This document shows, piece by piece, positions 8,848-18,354 of a DNA stretch of 64,000 bases. Position 1 is the stretch's first letter; each line of letters opens with the position of its first letter. The stretch is from the sequence record AP019418.1; one strand, given 5' to 3'. The notes below the pieces were generated by a model. That model had not been told where the DNA came from. It ran no database searches and saw only the letters and a list, made by a program, of their open reading frames with translations. Position numbers and translations under genes: made by a program.

Positions 8848-11136
8848 ATGTTAAAAACTATCATTAAACTAGACGGTACTGAAGAAGCATACTCACCTGC
8901 TAAGATTAATGGTTGGGGTGAATGGGCAGCCCAACATCTTGGCGATAAGGTGGATTGGAGTAGTGTTGTGATGGATGCTGTTCAAGCTCTTGGTGATAAA
9001 ACTTCATCACAAGAACTACAATTACAACTTATTGAAGAATGTTTAAATCGTAAGACATGGTCTTATTATCTAATGGCTGGTAGACTATATGCGATTTATC
9101 TTCGTAAGAAGTTCTATGGTCTAAATGGCATCCCAACTGTTAAAGCGCTTCAAACCAGGATGCGTAAAGATGGTATCATTGTTAAATTAGATTATAGTAG
9201 TAAAGAATACGCTCAGATTGAAAAGATCATTGATCACGATCTTGACCTACTTTGTCCGCATTTTTCACTTCATCACATTCGTGGAAAGTATGCTCTACGT
9301 AATCGTAAAACTGGTCAAGAATATGAGACTGCCCAGTTTGTATATATGCGAATGGCAATGGCTCTAGCTGAAAAAGAGCCAGCTGAAACTCGCATGACCC
9401 ATGTGGAGAATTACTATAAACTACTTTCTAATAAAATTCTTAGTGCGCCAACACCTAACTACGTTAACCTAGGTACTAAGCTTCGTGGTTTTGCATCATG
9501 TTGCCTATTTGCTTCTGGTGATAATGGTGTATCACTGGCAATGGGCGATTATATTGCTAACATCATGACCCAATCATCAGCAGGCATTGGTGTTAACTTA
9601 ATGACTAGGTCAATTGGTGATCCTATCCGTAATGGCCTAATCATTCACCAAGGTAAGAAACCATACATCGATGTAATTGGTAAAGCAGTAAGGGCTAACC
9701 TACAAAATGGTCGAGGTGGTGCTGTTACGTGTTACTACAGTGCTTTCGATCCTGAAGCAGATATGATTACTCAGCTACGTAATCCACGTTCTACTGAGGA
9801 TAGGAAGAACCGTGATCTTCACTATGCATTCCTAAGTAATAAGTTCTTTGCTAAGAAAGCGGCTCAGAAAGATGGCATGATCTTTGTATTCAATCCATTT
9901 ACTGCTCCAGATCTACATGATGCTTTCTATAGTGGTGATATTGATAAGTTTATTAAGCTTTATGAAAAATATGAAGCGGATCCTAAATTTGAGAAAACTT
10001 ATGTAAATGCTCGGGATCTTCTCAAATCAATGCTAGTTGAAGCATATGAGACTGGAACCATCTATTCAGCTCAAATTGATGAACTCAATCATCATACACC
10101 ATTTAAAGAACCTATTTACAGTTCTAACCTATGCCTTGAAATCGCAGAACCCACTAAGCCTTACTATCGAATGGAAGATCTTTATTCTAGTGAGGATCAC
10201 GGGCGCGGTGAGATTGCTACTTGTTCACTGGCTGCTATTGCAGTGGATAACGTTCCTGATAAGCAAACTTATGAAATGGCGGCTTACTACGCACTTAAGA
10301 TGATTGACTATTGTATCCTTAATGCAGAGTATGCTTTCCCACACCTTGCACTAACCGCTAAGAATCGAATGAGTGCTGGTGTTGGTATCATGGGTCTAGC
10401 CACACATATGGCACGTGCTGGCCTTAAATATAGCAGCGATGCTGGTAAAGCTGAAATCCACTTCATTGCTGAACGGCATATGTACTTCCTTATCAAGGCG
10501 TCACTTAAGATTTCTAAAGAACGCGGGAATGCGCCTTGGATTCATAAGACTAAATGGCCAGAGGGATGGACTCCACGTAAGACTTATAATAAGTCAGTGG
10601 ATACTATCATTGAAGGTGGCTTTGAAGAACTTTATCCATGGGATGAGCTAGAGAAAGAAATTAAGGAGAATGGTGGTATTGCACACTCCGTACTAGCTGC
10701 ATACATGCCTGGTGAAGCATCATCTAAGGCACTAGGGTCAACTAATGGTCCATACCCGGTACGTCGCCTAATTCTTAATAAGACTGATAATGGTGCACGT
10801 GTGCTATGGGCTGCTCCATATGGAGATGATGACTCCTATGTGTATGAATCAGCTTATGATATCCCCACTAAAGATCTTATTGATTGCTATGCCATTATTC
10901 AAAAGTGGACTGATCAAACAATCAGTGCGGACCTCTACCGACGCATTGTAGGTTCTGAAAAGATCTCTTCTAATGAAATGCTAGGTAATCACTTCTACAT
11001 GGTGAAACGTGGAATGAAAACCCGGTATTATGTAAATCTAGAAACAGCAGCAGGACTTGATATTAAATCACTTGAACGTGCTGTTGAGGTAACTAATACT
11101 GAAGTTGGGTGTGCAGGCGGTTCGTGCACTCTTTAA
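8848..11136 (+). CDS. nrdA: ribonucleoside-diphosphate reductase class Ia, alpha subunit
   Basis: N-terminal ATP cone (IIKLDG...SPAKI); ASCC; SNLCLEI with radical Cys; MPGEASS; YY pair; C-terminal CAGGSC; start placed at MLKTII rather than 8797. Confidence 0.97.
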   Translation: MLKTIIKLDGTEEAYSPAKINGWGEWAAQHLGDKVDWSSVVMDAVQALGDKTSSQELQLQLIEECLNRKTWSYYLMAGRLYAIYLRKKFYGLNGIPTVKALQTRMRKDGIIVKLDYSSKEYAQIEKIIDHDLDLLCPHFSLHHIRGKYALRNRKTGQEYETAQFVYMRMAMALAEKEPAETRMTHVENYYKLLSNKILSAPTPNYVNLGTKLRGFASCCLFASGDNGVSLAMGDYIANIMTQSSAGIGVNLMTRSIGDPIRNGLIIHQGKKPYIDVIGKAVRANLQNGRGGAVTCYYSAFDPEADMITQLRNPRSTEDRKNRDLHYAFLSNKFFAKKAAQKDGMIFVFNPFTAPDLHDAFYSGDIDKFIKLYEKYEADPKFEKTYVNARDLLKSMLVEAYETGTIYSAQIDELNHHTPFKEPIYSSNLCLEIAEPTKPYYRMEDLYSSEDHGRGEIATCSLAAIAVDNVPDKQTYEMAAYYALKMIDYCILNAEYAFPHLALTAKNRMSAGVGIMGLATHMARAGLKYSSDAGKAEIHFIAERHMYFLIKASLKISKERGNAPWIHKTKWPEGWTPRKTYNKSVDTIIEGGFEELYPWDELEKEIKENGGIAHSVLAAYMPGEASSKALGSTNGPYPVRRLILNKTDNGARVLWAAPYGDDDSYVYESAYDIPTKDLIDCYAIIQKWTDQTISADLYRRIVGSEKISSNEMLGNHFYMVKRGMKTRYYVNLETAAGLDIKSLERAVEVTNTEVGCAGGSCTL

Positions 11137-11142
11137 GTGTAT

Positions 11143-11168
11143 ACACCCTCCCTTAATTGGGAGGGTGT
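11143..11168 (+). terminator. hairpin/terminator after nrdA
   Basis: ACACCCTCCC-TTAATT-GGGAGGGTGT; near-identical to 12819-12840. Confidence 0.75.
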
Positions 11169-11236
11169 TATTCCCAATTTATACTAACCTCTATTATTTA
11201 TTGTAAGAAATATTTTTAAATTGTAAAGGAACTGAT

Positions 11237-12400
11237 ATGTCTACTAAATCTCAACTACCAAAGAAAATCTTCAATGTTGCTAAGAGTGATTATCATCTAC
11301 CGGAAATTATTCTTGGAGATGATCCAGGTCTACTAGATTCAATCCACACTCATTATCCTAAAATGTGGGAGCTATATAAGCGTCTAAAGATGCTTGATTG
11401 GGATGAGCTAGAATTTGACTTTTCCACTTGTCTAGTAGAATTTGAAACGTGTGATAAATCAACTTATGACATGATGATTAAGACACTGGCCTGGCAATGG
11501 GAAGCTGACTCTGTAGCCAGTCGTTCCATTGTTAATATTCTATCACCTGTCATGACAGATTCACGAGTATGGGCGGGATATGTACGTATTAATGATAATG
11601 AAGACGTACATGCTTTAACTTATTCTGAAATTGTACGTAATAGCTTTAAAGATCCTAAAGTTATTCTAGACGAAATTCTTAGGGTAGAAGAAGCACAAGA
11701 ACGAATGGTTGCAGTAGCCCGCACTATGGGTGAAGCACATGACGCAGTTCATGCGTATGCTCTTAATCAGGTACCCAATGATCAAGAACTTTACAATAAA
11801 GTATTCATGTTCTTCATCGCTCTATATTTCCTAGAACGTATCCAGTTCATGGCATCCTTTGCAGTAACCTTTGCTATTGGTCGTACTGGTGCATTCCAGC
11901 AAATTGCAGCCGCTGTTAAGAAAATTGCCCAAGACGAATTCGAAATCCATGCACAATATGGACAAGAAGTTATTCGTGCACTACTGGCAACTGAACGCGG
12001 TAAACTCGCTTACAGTCAATGTAAAGATAAAATCATTGAACTACTATGGGAAATTGTAAAGACTGAAGTTACCTGGGTTAATTATCTATTCTCTGAAGGT
12101 CGTGAACTAACTGGTGTTAATGCGACTAAACTTATTAACTGGGTACTTTTCAATGCTAATGCCGCAGCAACATTCCTAAGTATTGAAAATGATGTTGTAG
12201 AACAGTATCAAGTGGAGTTTAAAGAATCAGCTGGATTTGATTTTGTTTGGCCAGAGAAAAACCCACTTCTTTATATGGAAGACTACCTAGATATTTCATC
12301 AACCCAAGCATCTCCTCAGGAAGAAGAGAAGCCTGATTACATGGTCAACGTTGTAAATGATGTTGGTGAAGAAGAAGAATTTGAGGTTGACTTCTTATGA
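11237..12400 (+). CDS. nrdB: ribonucleoside-diphosphate reductase class Ia, beta subunit
   Basis: EADSV, NEDVHALTY, LERIQF, QDEFEIH diiron/tyrosyl motifs; PQEEEKPDYM C-terminal motif; adjacent to nrdA. Confidence 0.95.
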   Translation: MSTKSQLPKKIFNVAKSDYHLPEIILGDDPGLLDSIHTHYPKMWELYKRLKMLDWDELEFDFSTCLVEFETCDKSTYDMMIKTLAWQWEADSVASRSIVNILSPVMTDSRVWAGYVRINDNEDVHALTYSEIVRNSFKDPKVILDEILRVEEAQERMVAVARTMGEAHDAVHAYALNQVPNDQELYNKVFMFFIALYFLERIQFMASFAVTFAIGRTGAFQQIAAAVKKIAQDEFEIHAQYGQEVIRALLATERGKLAYSQCKDKIIELLWEIVKTEVTWVNYLFSEGRELTGVNATKLINWVLFNANAAATFLSIENDVVEQYQVEFKESAGFDFVWPEKNPLLYMEDYLDISSTQASPQEEEKPDYMVNVVNDVGEEEEFEVDFL

Positions 12401-12810
12401 TTAAGATTATCGCATTCGTAGTTTTAATGTGGTCCACTGTCCTATTTGCAGCAACTGAAGTAAAATCAACTACAGATGGTATTATTGCACATTCAGAATG
12501 TCAGCTAGTTGCTAAAGATAGTAGTGTTGTCGGCACTACTGTTGGAGGTGCGGTTGGAGCCACCGCAGGCGCTGTGTTAGGTCGAGCAATCTTTGGTAAA
12601 TCTGGAGGTTGGGTAGGTGGTTTAATCGGTGGTGCCGCAGGCGGCGCAGTCGGTAATAATGTTAGTGCTACTGAAACATTTCAATGTAAACTGATTGTTA
12701 ATACAGATGGCAAGCAGTACATGGTTCAAACAGTTACCAATGAAAAACCAAAGGTTGGTGATAAAGTCACTGTTGTTGAAATGAATGATGGTACACGAGA
12801 TATAATGTAG
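12397..12810 (+). CDS. glycine-zipper (SlyB/Pcp-like) envelope protein
   Basis: signal peptide; GTTVGGAVGATAGAVLG...GGLIGGAAGGAVGN; C-terminal beta domain (KVGDKV). Confidence 0.75.
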   Translation: MIKIIAFVVLMWSTVLFAATEVKSTTDGIIAHSECQLVAKDSSVVGTTVGGAVGATAGAVLGRAIFGKSGGWVGGLIGGAAGGAVGNNVSATETFQCKLIVNTDGKQYMVQTVTNEKPKVGDKVTVVEMNDGTRDIM

Positions 12811-12818
12811 ACATAATG

Positions 12819-12844
12819 ACCCTCCCTTAATTGGGAGGGTTTAT
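12819..12844 (+). terminator. intrinsic terminator
   Basis: ACCCTCCC-TTAATT-GGGAGGGT-TTTA. Confidence 0.8.
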
Positions 12845-12895
12845 GCTAACAATTCTATAGCACTCTTATTAACAGTCATCAACGAGAGAGTAGAC

Positions 12896-14779
12896 ATGAA
12901 TAAAATGCTAAACTTCCTAAACCGTACGCTATATAGCGGTACTGAAAAAGTATCTTCAAAAGCTACACCAAGTCTAGAACACTTTAAAACAAATGTTGAA
13001 CAAGTAGATAAAAAGATTCTACAACCCTTTAGTACTAAATTTAAAACCATTCTAAAAGAATGTTACAGTAATGAAGAGTGGGTTGAAGAACAATCATTTA
13101 TTGAAGAACCTATTGATCTTGGTTCAGCTGCACGCGGTCTTACCGAGCGCGGTATTATGCGTGGTGATTGGGGACGCTTAGCGCATTCCACTATTAAAGA
13201 AGCAGAAGGTATGATGCGTACTTATAGTGGTCGTCTAAATGAAGATATGGAGGCATCTGAAATTAATGAAGTAATTCAAGATATGCCTTATAACTTCACA
13301 GCTGGCTCAGCTAATACTAGCCGTTTAGAAGAAGATGATTCTATTTTTGTTGAAGCAGATACAACTGTAGTTGAACCTCTGTCTAAGCAGACTCTGCCAA
13401 AAGTAGCAGAACTTACTAACCAACTAGTAGAAGTTTATAACCGAATCACTGAAGAATTTACAGAAACTGGTATTGCTAAAGTTGAACAAGTTGAACAGCC
13501 AGCAGTTCTTGTAGCACTTGGTGAGATCATTAGTAGTTTTAATAAACTAATTGATGCTTCATGTGGTGCTCTACCAGTGGAAGAAACTGTTATTGTAGAG
13601 GAGGATCCGTTACCTGCCATTGTTACTGGTCCAACTACTGAACCCATTGATGGTGAAATTCCACCTGTTGATGCTATTAATAATTCTGCGGCATTAGAAG
13701 AGTTTATTGAAGAAGTACTAAGTACTAATCCAGAATTCATTAAATACCAAAGTATGAATGATAGTAATATTGATTCATATCTAACTGGAGATGACTGGAT
13801 TATACTAAAATTTAAAGATGGTTCTTATTATTTATACAATGCCCAGAGTGCTGGTGAAACAAATATAGAAATCATGAAAGATATGGCCGAAACTGGTAGT
13901 GGTCTTAATGGTTTTATAAATCGAGTTATTCGTGGCGGGTATGTAGAGAAGTCCATCATTAATACTCCCGGTTTTATACAAGTCTCAAATGAAGGTCTTA
14001 TCGACACCATTAAGAGTATCTTCGACTCTGGCCCTGAGATCAATCTTGATAAAAAGAAGAAAGCTATTGCTACACTGAAAAGTACCTATGGTGATGCCAA
14101 ATGGGTGGCAGAAGCAAAGCTTAAAACCGGCGAAGTAAAAGTATCGAGTTACGAGACGTTCGCGTCTAATGATCCTAAGACCGCAAAAGCCAATATCACT
14201 AATGCTGTAGCTAAAGCTGATCGTCACAACCAGAAAGTTCTGGATGAGAACAGTAAGATACTAGCCCCCGTGGTTAATCTGTTCAAAGGGAATGATTGGC
14301 AAGACCCTAAGAAAGTCGCTACTCTTCTGGCTGAATGGAAACCCAATGTAAAGACAAACTTCCAAGAACCCAAATGGCCAGATAATGCTGGTGCTAAGAT
14401 TAAGTTGCTTGATGCTACCGGTATTGTGGAAGCAGCTAACGTTATCATTGACGTTCTGTCTAACAACACTAAGACTATTGCGGACACTTGGGTAGCCCAG
14501 TATCCTGACCTATCTGTCAATGGGGATATCTACAAACATAAGCTATCCACTATTAAAGATAAAGATGCTCTTGAGGATGTATATCTGCTGGCTAAAAGGG
14601 CCGATAATGCCATTCTTAACATTCATGCATCGTACGACGACGCTAAGGTTGAATCTACATATCGAGTATTTGCTATCGACATGTTGAAACTAATGCAAGC
14701 ATCTGTCAGTAGCTTCCCAAGTGGTTCAACCGTAGAGAACACCAATGAACGCAATACGGTCATTGGTATTGAAGAATAA
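12896..14779 (+). CDS. virion head protein, phiKZ gp303-like, with KTSC-like module
   Basis: 627 aa; acidic N-terminal half with S/A-x-E motifs (SLE, ALE, SNE) as cut by the phiKZ head protease; WIILKFKDGSYYLY...GSGLNGFINR KTSC-like segment; position next to nrdAB. Confidence 0.6.
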   Translation: MNKMLNFLNRTLYSGTEKVSSKATPSLEHFKTNVEQVDKKILQPFSTKFKTILKECYSNEEWVEEQSFIEEPIDLGSAARGLTERGIMRGDWGRLAHSTIKEAEGMMRTYSGRLNEDMEASEINEVIQDMPYNFTAGSANTSRLEEDDSIFVEADTTVVEPLSKQTLPKVAELTNQLVEVYNRITEEFTETGIAKVEQVEQPAVLVALGEIISSFNKLIDASCGALPVEETVIVEEDPLPAIVTGPTTEPIDGEIPPVDAINNSAALEEFIEEVLSTNPEFIKYQSMNDSNIDSYLTGDDWIILKFKDGSYYLYNAQSAGETNIEIMKDMAETGSGLNGFINRVIRGGYVEKSIINTPGFIQVSNEGLIDTIKSIFDSGPEINLDKKKKAIATLKSTYGDAKWVAEAKLKTGEVKVSSYETFASNDPKTAKANITNAVAKADRHNQKVLDENSKILAPVVNLFKGNDWQDPKKVATLLAEWKPNVKTNFQEPKWPDNAGAKIKLLDATGIVEAANVIIDVLSNNTKTIADTWVAQYPDLSVNGDIYKHKLSTIKDKDALEDVYLLAKRADNAILNIHASYDDAKVESTYRVFAIDMLKLMQASVSSFPSGSTVENTNERNTVIGIEE

Positions 14780-14801
14780 CTTACTGAGTATGTAATGATA
14801 T

Positions 14802-14945
14802 GTAGAAATGATCCCTCCCCCTCGTTTCTACATTAGTCATAATAAATCGGAGCCAGTCCCCCTTCCAACTGGCTCCCAGAGAGTAAAACTCTTTGCTGGG
14901 CATTAATGACGATATATCGCCTCCCTTCGGGGAGGCTTTATATTT
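14802..14945 (+). ncRNA. candidate structured sRNA with two C-rich loops
   Basis: starts at TATG motif; stems 14801-11/14822-32 and 14849-57/14868-76; own terminator 14919-14936; no ORF. Confidence 0.7.
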
Positions 14946-14999
14946 TGTTTTTACGTGAGTATGTTAAAATATGTACAAATAACATAGAGTAATTATAAA

Positions 15000-15452
15000 A
15001 TGATTAAGAATGAACTTTTACCAGGGTTAATCTATGCCCAAAAAGAATTTGATAAAATTGCAGCTAATGTAAAAGACTATGATAAATATAAAAGACGTGA
15101 AGCTGGTAGGGCAAGCGCCGTTTTAAGAAGTCTAGTGAATAATATTGTAAATCAAAATAAACCATCTTCACTTGAACATGAAGGTAAAGTTAGTACTACT
15201 AATACTAATGAATATTTAGAAGAAGTTAATAATTACTTCTTTAACATTAATAATATTAAATTAATTTCTCCTAAACTCATAAAAGAGAAATTAACAATTG
15301 ATCTAATGAATATTTATGTTAAATGGAATATGATTGGAGTGGCTGGCCGAAATGATGTGCCAATTATTGAGCACAGAATTAATGATTGGTGCGAAGTGAC
15401 CGATGTCTACATTAATGGTAATAAGATAACTTCTTTACAATGGCCACGTTGA
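15000..15452 (+). CDS. hypothetical protein (150 aa)
   Basis: ORF track. Confidence 0.7.
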   Translation: MIKNELLPGLIYAQKEFDKIAANVKDYDKYKRREAGRASAVLRSLVNNIVNQNKPSSLEHEGKVSTTNTNEYLEEVNNYFFNINNIKLISPKLIKEKLTIDLMNIYVKWNMIGVAGRNDVPIIEHRINDWCEVTDVYINGNKITSLQWPR

Positions 15453-15510
15453 ATTTAAAATAAGTTGTAATAAAATACCTAGTATTACATGTTATGTATT
15501 GAAGCACAAT

Positions 15511-15595
15511 GCCCGAATGGTGAAATTGGTAAACACAGAAGACTTAAAATCTTCCGGCTACGGTCTTGTCGGTTCGAATCCGACTTCGGGCACCA
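15511..15595 (+). tRNA. tRNA-Leu(TAA)
   Basis: GCCCGAA/TTCGGGC acceptor stem; CT-TAA-AA loop; long variable arm; GTTCGAATC; encoded CCA. Confidence 0.97.
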
Positions 15596-15604
15596 ATTTA
15601 AATA

Positions 15605-15680
15605 CGGAGTGTAGCGCAGTTGGTAGCGCGCCTGCTTTGGGAGCAGGATGTCGGGAGTTCGAGTCTCCCCACTCCGACCA
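15605..15680 (+). tRNA. tRNA-Pro(TGG)
   Basis: CGGAGTG/CACTCCG; CCTGC-TT-TGG-GA-GCAGG; CCA. Confidence 0.97.
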
Positions 15681-15701
15681 TTTTAATAATAGGTAAATAG
15701 G

Positions 15702-15995
15702 ATGGATAATAAATGGATATCATGGGAACATCAAATTATAGGAACAGCTCTTTACGCTATTCTTAGTGACCCTGAATTAACTAATATTCAATTAGCTCAA
15801 GGCTTACACTATCTAACAGAAGCAAAGTCTTCTGTATTACATGTTTGTAATAATCATATTACATTCACTGTAACCTATCCACATGGCACATTTAGAACCA
15901 ATGTAATTAGAGAGTGCCCTGCTAGTGATACAAATACATTCAAATGGTCAGGTGTATTAGTCCGTCAAAAAGATGGAACATTCTTACCAGAATAA
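15702..15995 (+). CDS. hypothetical protein (97 aa)
   Basis: ORF track; lies between tRNAs. Confidence 0.7.
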   Translation: MDNKWISWEHQIIGTALYAILSDPELTNIQLAQGLHYLTEAKSSVLHVCNNHITFTVTYPHGTFRTNVIRECPASDTNTFKWSGVLVRQKDGTFLPE

Positions 15996-16002
15996 ATAAA
16001 AA

Positions 16003-16079
16003 GGGCCTATAGCTCAGTTGGTTAGAGCAGGCGACTCATAATCGCTTGGTCGCAGGTTCAAGTCCTGCTGGGCCCACCA
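16003..16079 (+). tRNA. tRNA with CAT anticodon, most likely tRNA-Ile2 (lysidine, reads AUA)
   Basis: body GCAGGCGACTCATAATCGCTTGGTCGC closely resembles enterobacterial ileX; G1-C72 paired and no run of three G-C pairs in the anticodon stem, so not an initiator. Confidence 0.85.
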
Positions 16080-16131
16080 TATACTAGCCTCCCACTTGGG
16101 GGAGGTTTTATACTGTCTCATTGAGGAAAAC

Positions 16132-16353
16132 ATGAATACAGTAATAATGTTGGTATTATCTATCAAAGTTGGATTATTTGGTTTCATTTCGACTAATGAA
16201 AGTAATATCCTATTTGAAAATAGGGAACAGTGTATTTCTCATCTGGATATTCTGGAACATAAATACAAGTCTCTTGAAGTTATTCGAAATGAGAATACTC
16301 TAAAGATAACCGAAAGAGATAACCATTCTATTTATATTTTTAAATGTCTCTAG
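16132..16353 (+). CDS. small protein with hydrophobic N-terminus (73 aa)
   Basis: GAGG RBS before ATG 16132; longer ORF start lies in a terminator. Confidence 0.65.
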   Translation: MNTVIMLVLSIKVGLFGFISTNESNILFENREQCISHLDILEHKYKSLEVIRNENTLKITERDNHSIYIFKCL

Positions 16354-16361
16354 GAAAATAC

Positions 16362-16649
16362 ATGGAACATCAAGAACAAAAAGAACTATTGAGACAACCA
16401 TTACAAACACTTTATAATCTTACTTTTAGTCCCCGTTTACGTAATGGAGCGAAGGCTCCCGATTGGATTCACCTGACCGATGAAGTAACCCTATTCCCAA
16501 ACGGATTAGATATTACAATCAACGCTGTTACACGTTGCATCAAATGGGAACTTATCGGCGAGGATGTAAGTAACATTACTTATGTTGAAGCTATGTTCTT
16601 TAATAAAGGTCTTAAAGCAGTTAAAGCCTATCTCAAACATACGGAGTAA
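16362..16649 (+). CDS. hypothetical protein (95 aa)
   Basis: AGGA RBS before MEHQ. Confidence 0.7.
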   Translation: MEHQEQKELLRQPLQTLYNLTFSPRLRNGAKAPDWIHLTDEVTLFPNGLDITINAVTRCIKWELIGEDVSNITYVEAMFFNKGLKAVKAYLKHTE

Positions 16650-16651
16650 AT

Positions 16652-16999
16652 ATGGATCATCTAACCCCAACGCAGAGCGCTGTATATTTCACATTTATTA
16701 GCCCTGAGTTTATAAAGCTAACTCTTGTTGAATCTTTTGTAGCGATCCACAAGAAACATCCAGAAGTAAAGCATTGCGTTAAGAAAAAGATTAGTGCTAA
16801 TGAAACGCAGTTTATCTTTATCTTCAAAGATGGGACTGATAATTTAATCATTACACGTAAAACTGAACCTTGCCCTGAACTGGATAGCCCAGTAGGCGAT
16901 AGTATTAAGTTGTCCGGCGAAGAACTTAAAAATATTCTTGCTAAGTACGATCGTCCCAAGGATGGTAACTATTTCAAGCACTGGACTGATCGCCCGTAA
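16652..16999 (+). CDS. hypothetical protein (115 aa)
   Basis: GGAG RBS; ORF track. Confidence 0.75.
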   Translation: MDHLTPTQSAVYFTFISPEFIKLTLVESFVAIHKKHPEVKHCVKKKISANETQFIFIFKDGTDNLIITRKTEPCPELDSPVGDSIKLSGEELKNILAKYDRPKDGNYFKHWTDRP

Positions 17000-17051
17000 T
17001 AAAATATTACTGGTTATGTAATACTATGTAGGAAGTCATGTCCATACGTTT

Positions 17052-17128
17052 GCGCTCATAGTTCAGTTGGTTAGAATACCCGCCTGTCACGCGGGTGGTC
17101 AGGGGTTCGAGTCCCCTTGGGCGCGCCA
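17052..17128 (+). tRNA. tRNA-Asp(GTC)
   Basis: GCGCTCA/TGGGCGC; CCCGC-CT-GTC-AC-GCGGG; CCA. Confidence 0.97.
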
Positions 17129-17134
17129 TTTAAT

Positions 17135-17210
<76 letters not shown>

Positions 17211-17216
17211 TATTCT

Positions 17217-17241
17217 AAAGAGTAGCTTCGGCTACTCTTTT
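17217..17241 (+). terminator. intrinsic terminator
   Basis: AAAGAGTAGC-TTCG-GCTACTCTTTT. Confidence 0.85.
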
Positions 17242-17294
17242 ATGTTGCCATGGGTTATCTTATGAATTAAAATGATTTACTTGAGAGCACACTC

Positions 17295-18302
17295 ATGTTT
17301 GAATTACTATTATCGCCAGATATAGGCGAAGAGTTACCCTTGGTTGGATTTAATGAAATTATTAAATTAGGTGATCTACCTGTAGCGTTAGCTGGTACAA
17401 TGTCATATGTGGATGGAAATACACTGTATGTTGGATCTGGTCATCATACTGAAGGACAAACAGCTGCAACTGTGTTCAGACGTTTTACCATATCGCCATT
17501 TGCCGATATAGGTGCAACTGCTTCTGGAACATTCTTACCAGGGGTATCTTTAGGATTTGGGACATTACATAAGAATAACTTTATTGTTTATGGCGGTATT
17601 ACTGGATGGAACTCGGCTGGTAATGGTGGTACGGGAACATCTAACTTTATACAACATTTTGATATAGCTACAGGCAATAGGGTTGAGCGATATAGTGGTC
17701 CCGTACCACTTTGGGGCACAGCCTCCGCATCAGATGGTAATGATCTTATTATGTGTGTTAACCCAGTTGGGGTAAATGCAATGCGGTTAAAACCATCGGG
17801 TAAGACATGGCTTAGTGGGCAAGATTATTCAGGTGGTGCTCGTTCAGGTCAACAGTTATTCTTTTATAATGGTTACTTTTACCATTTTGGTGGTTGGGAT
17901 AATACAAAGAACATACCTAATCTTGAAGTTTATCGATATAATGCAACTACCTTAATATGGGAGCAAACACCTTGGATGATTATACCTGCTGATAAAGGAA
18001 CAATCTGGCAAGGTAATGGTTATGTAGATGGGGACTATTTTAATTACCTTAACGCTGTTGATGTCGGCGGTGTAACTAAAATGTTTGCACAACGTTTTAA
18101 TATTAGGCGCCGGAAATGGGCTGAACCATTTGAACTAGGTATCGGATTCCTTAATATTTCATCTATAGCTAAAGGTCCGGATAATAGCATGATCATTGTA
18201 GGTGGATCTAAAATGCCAGTTGGTGGTGGAGCATATATGTTGAAAAGCCAATTGTTATCAGGTATCTATCAGGTAAAACTAGCGCCATTAATCATTGATT
18301 AA
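17295..18302 (+). CDS. kelch-like beta-propeller protein, possibly virion-associated
   Basis: 335 aa; repeated VYGG, FGGWDN, IVGG with downstream aromatic/W at kelch-like spacing. Confidence 0.65.
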   Translation: MFELLLSPDIGEELPLVGFNEIIKLGDLPVALAGTMSYVDGNTLYVGSGHHTEGQTAATVFRRFTISPFADIGATASGTFLPGVSLGFGTLHKNNFIVYGGITGWNSAGNGGTGTSNFIQHFDIATGNRVERYSGPVPLWGTASASDGNDLIMCVNPVGVNAMRLKPSGKTWLSGQDYSGGARSGQQLFFYNGYFYHFGGWDNTKNIPNLEVYRYNATTLIWEQTPWMIIPADKGTIWQGNGYVDGDYFNYLNAVDVGGVTKMFAQRFNIRRRKWAEPFELGIGFLNISSIAKGPDNSMIIVGGSKMPVGGGAYMLKSQLLSGIYQVKLAPLIID

Positions 18303-18354
18303 AATAATAATATTTATAACTATTTAGATAATTATACTGGCACGATGATATTAT

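Noticed and set aside
8848-12400. Introns or inteins in nrdA/nrdB
   Set aside because: Both frames are continuous and of normal length
15499-15696. 65-aa ORF
   Set aside because: It is a translation of tRNA-Leu and tRNA-Pro
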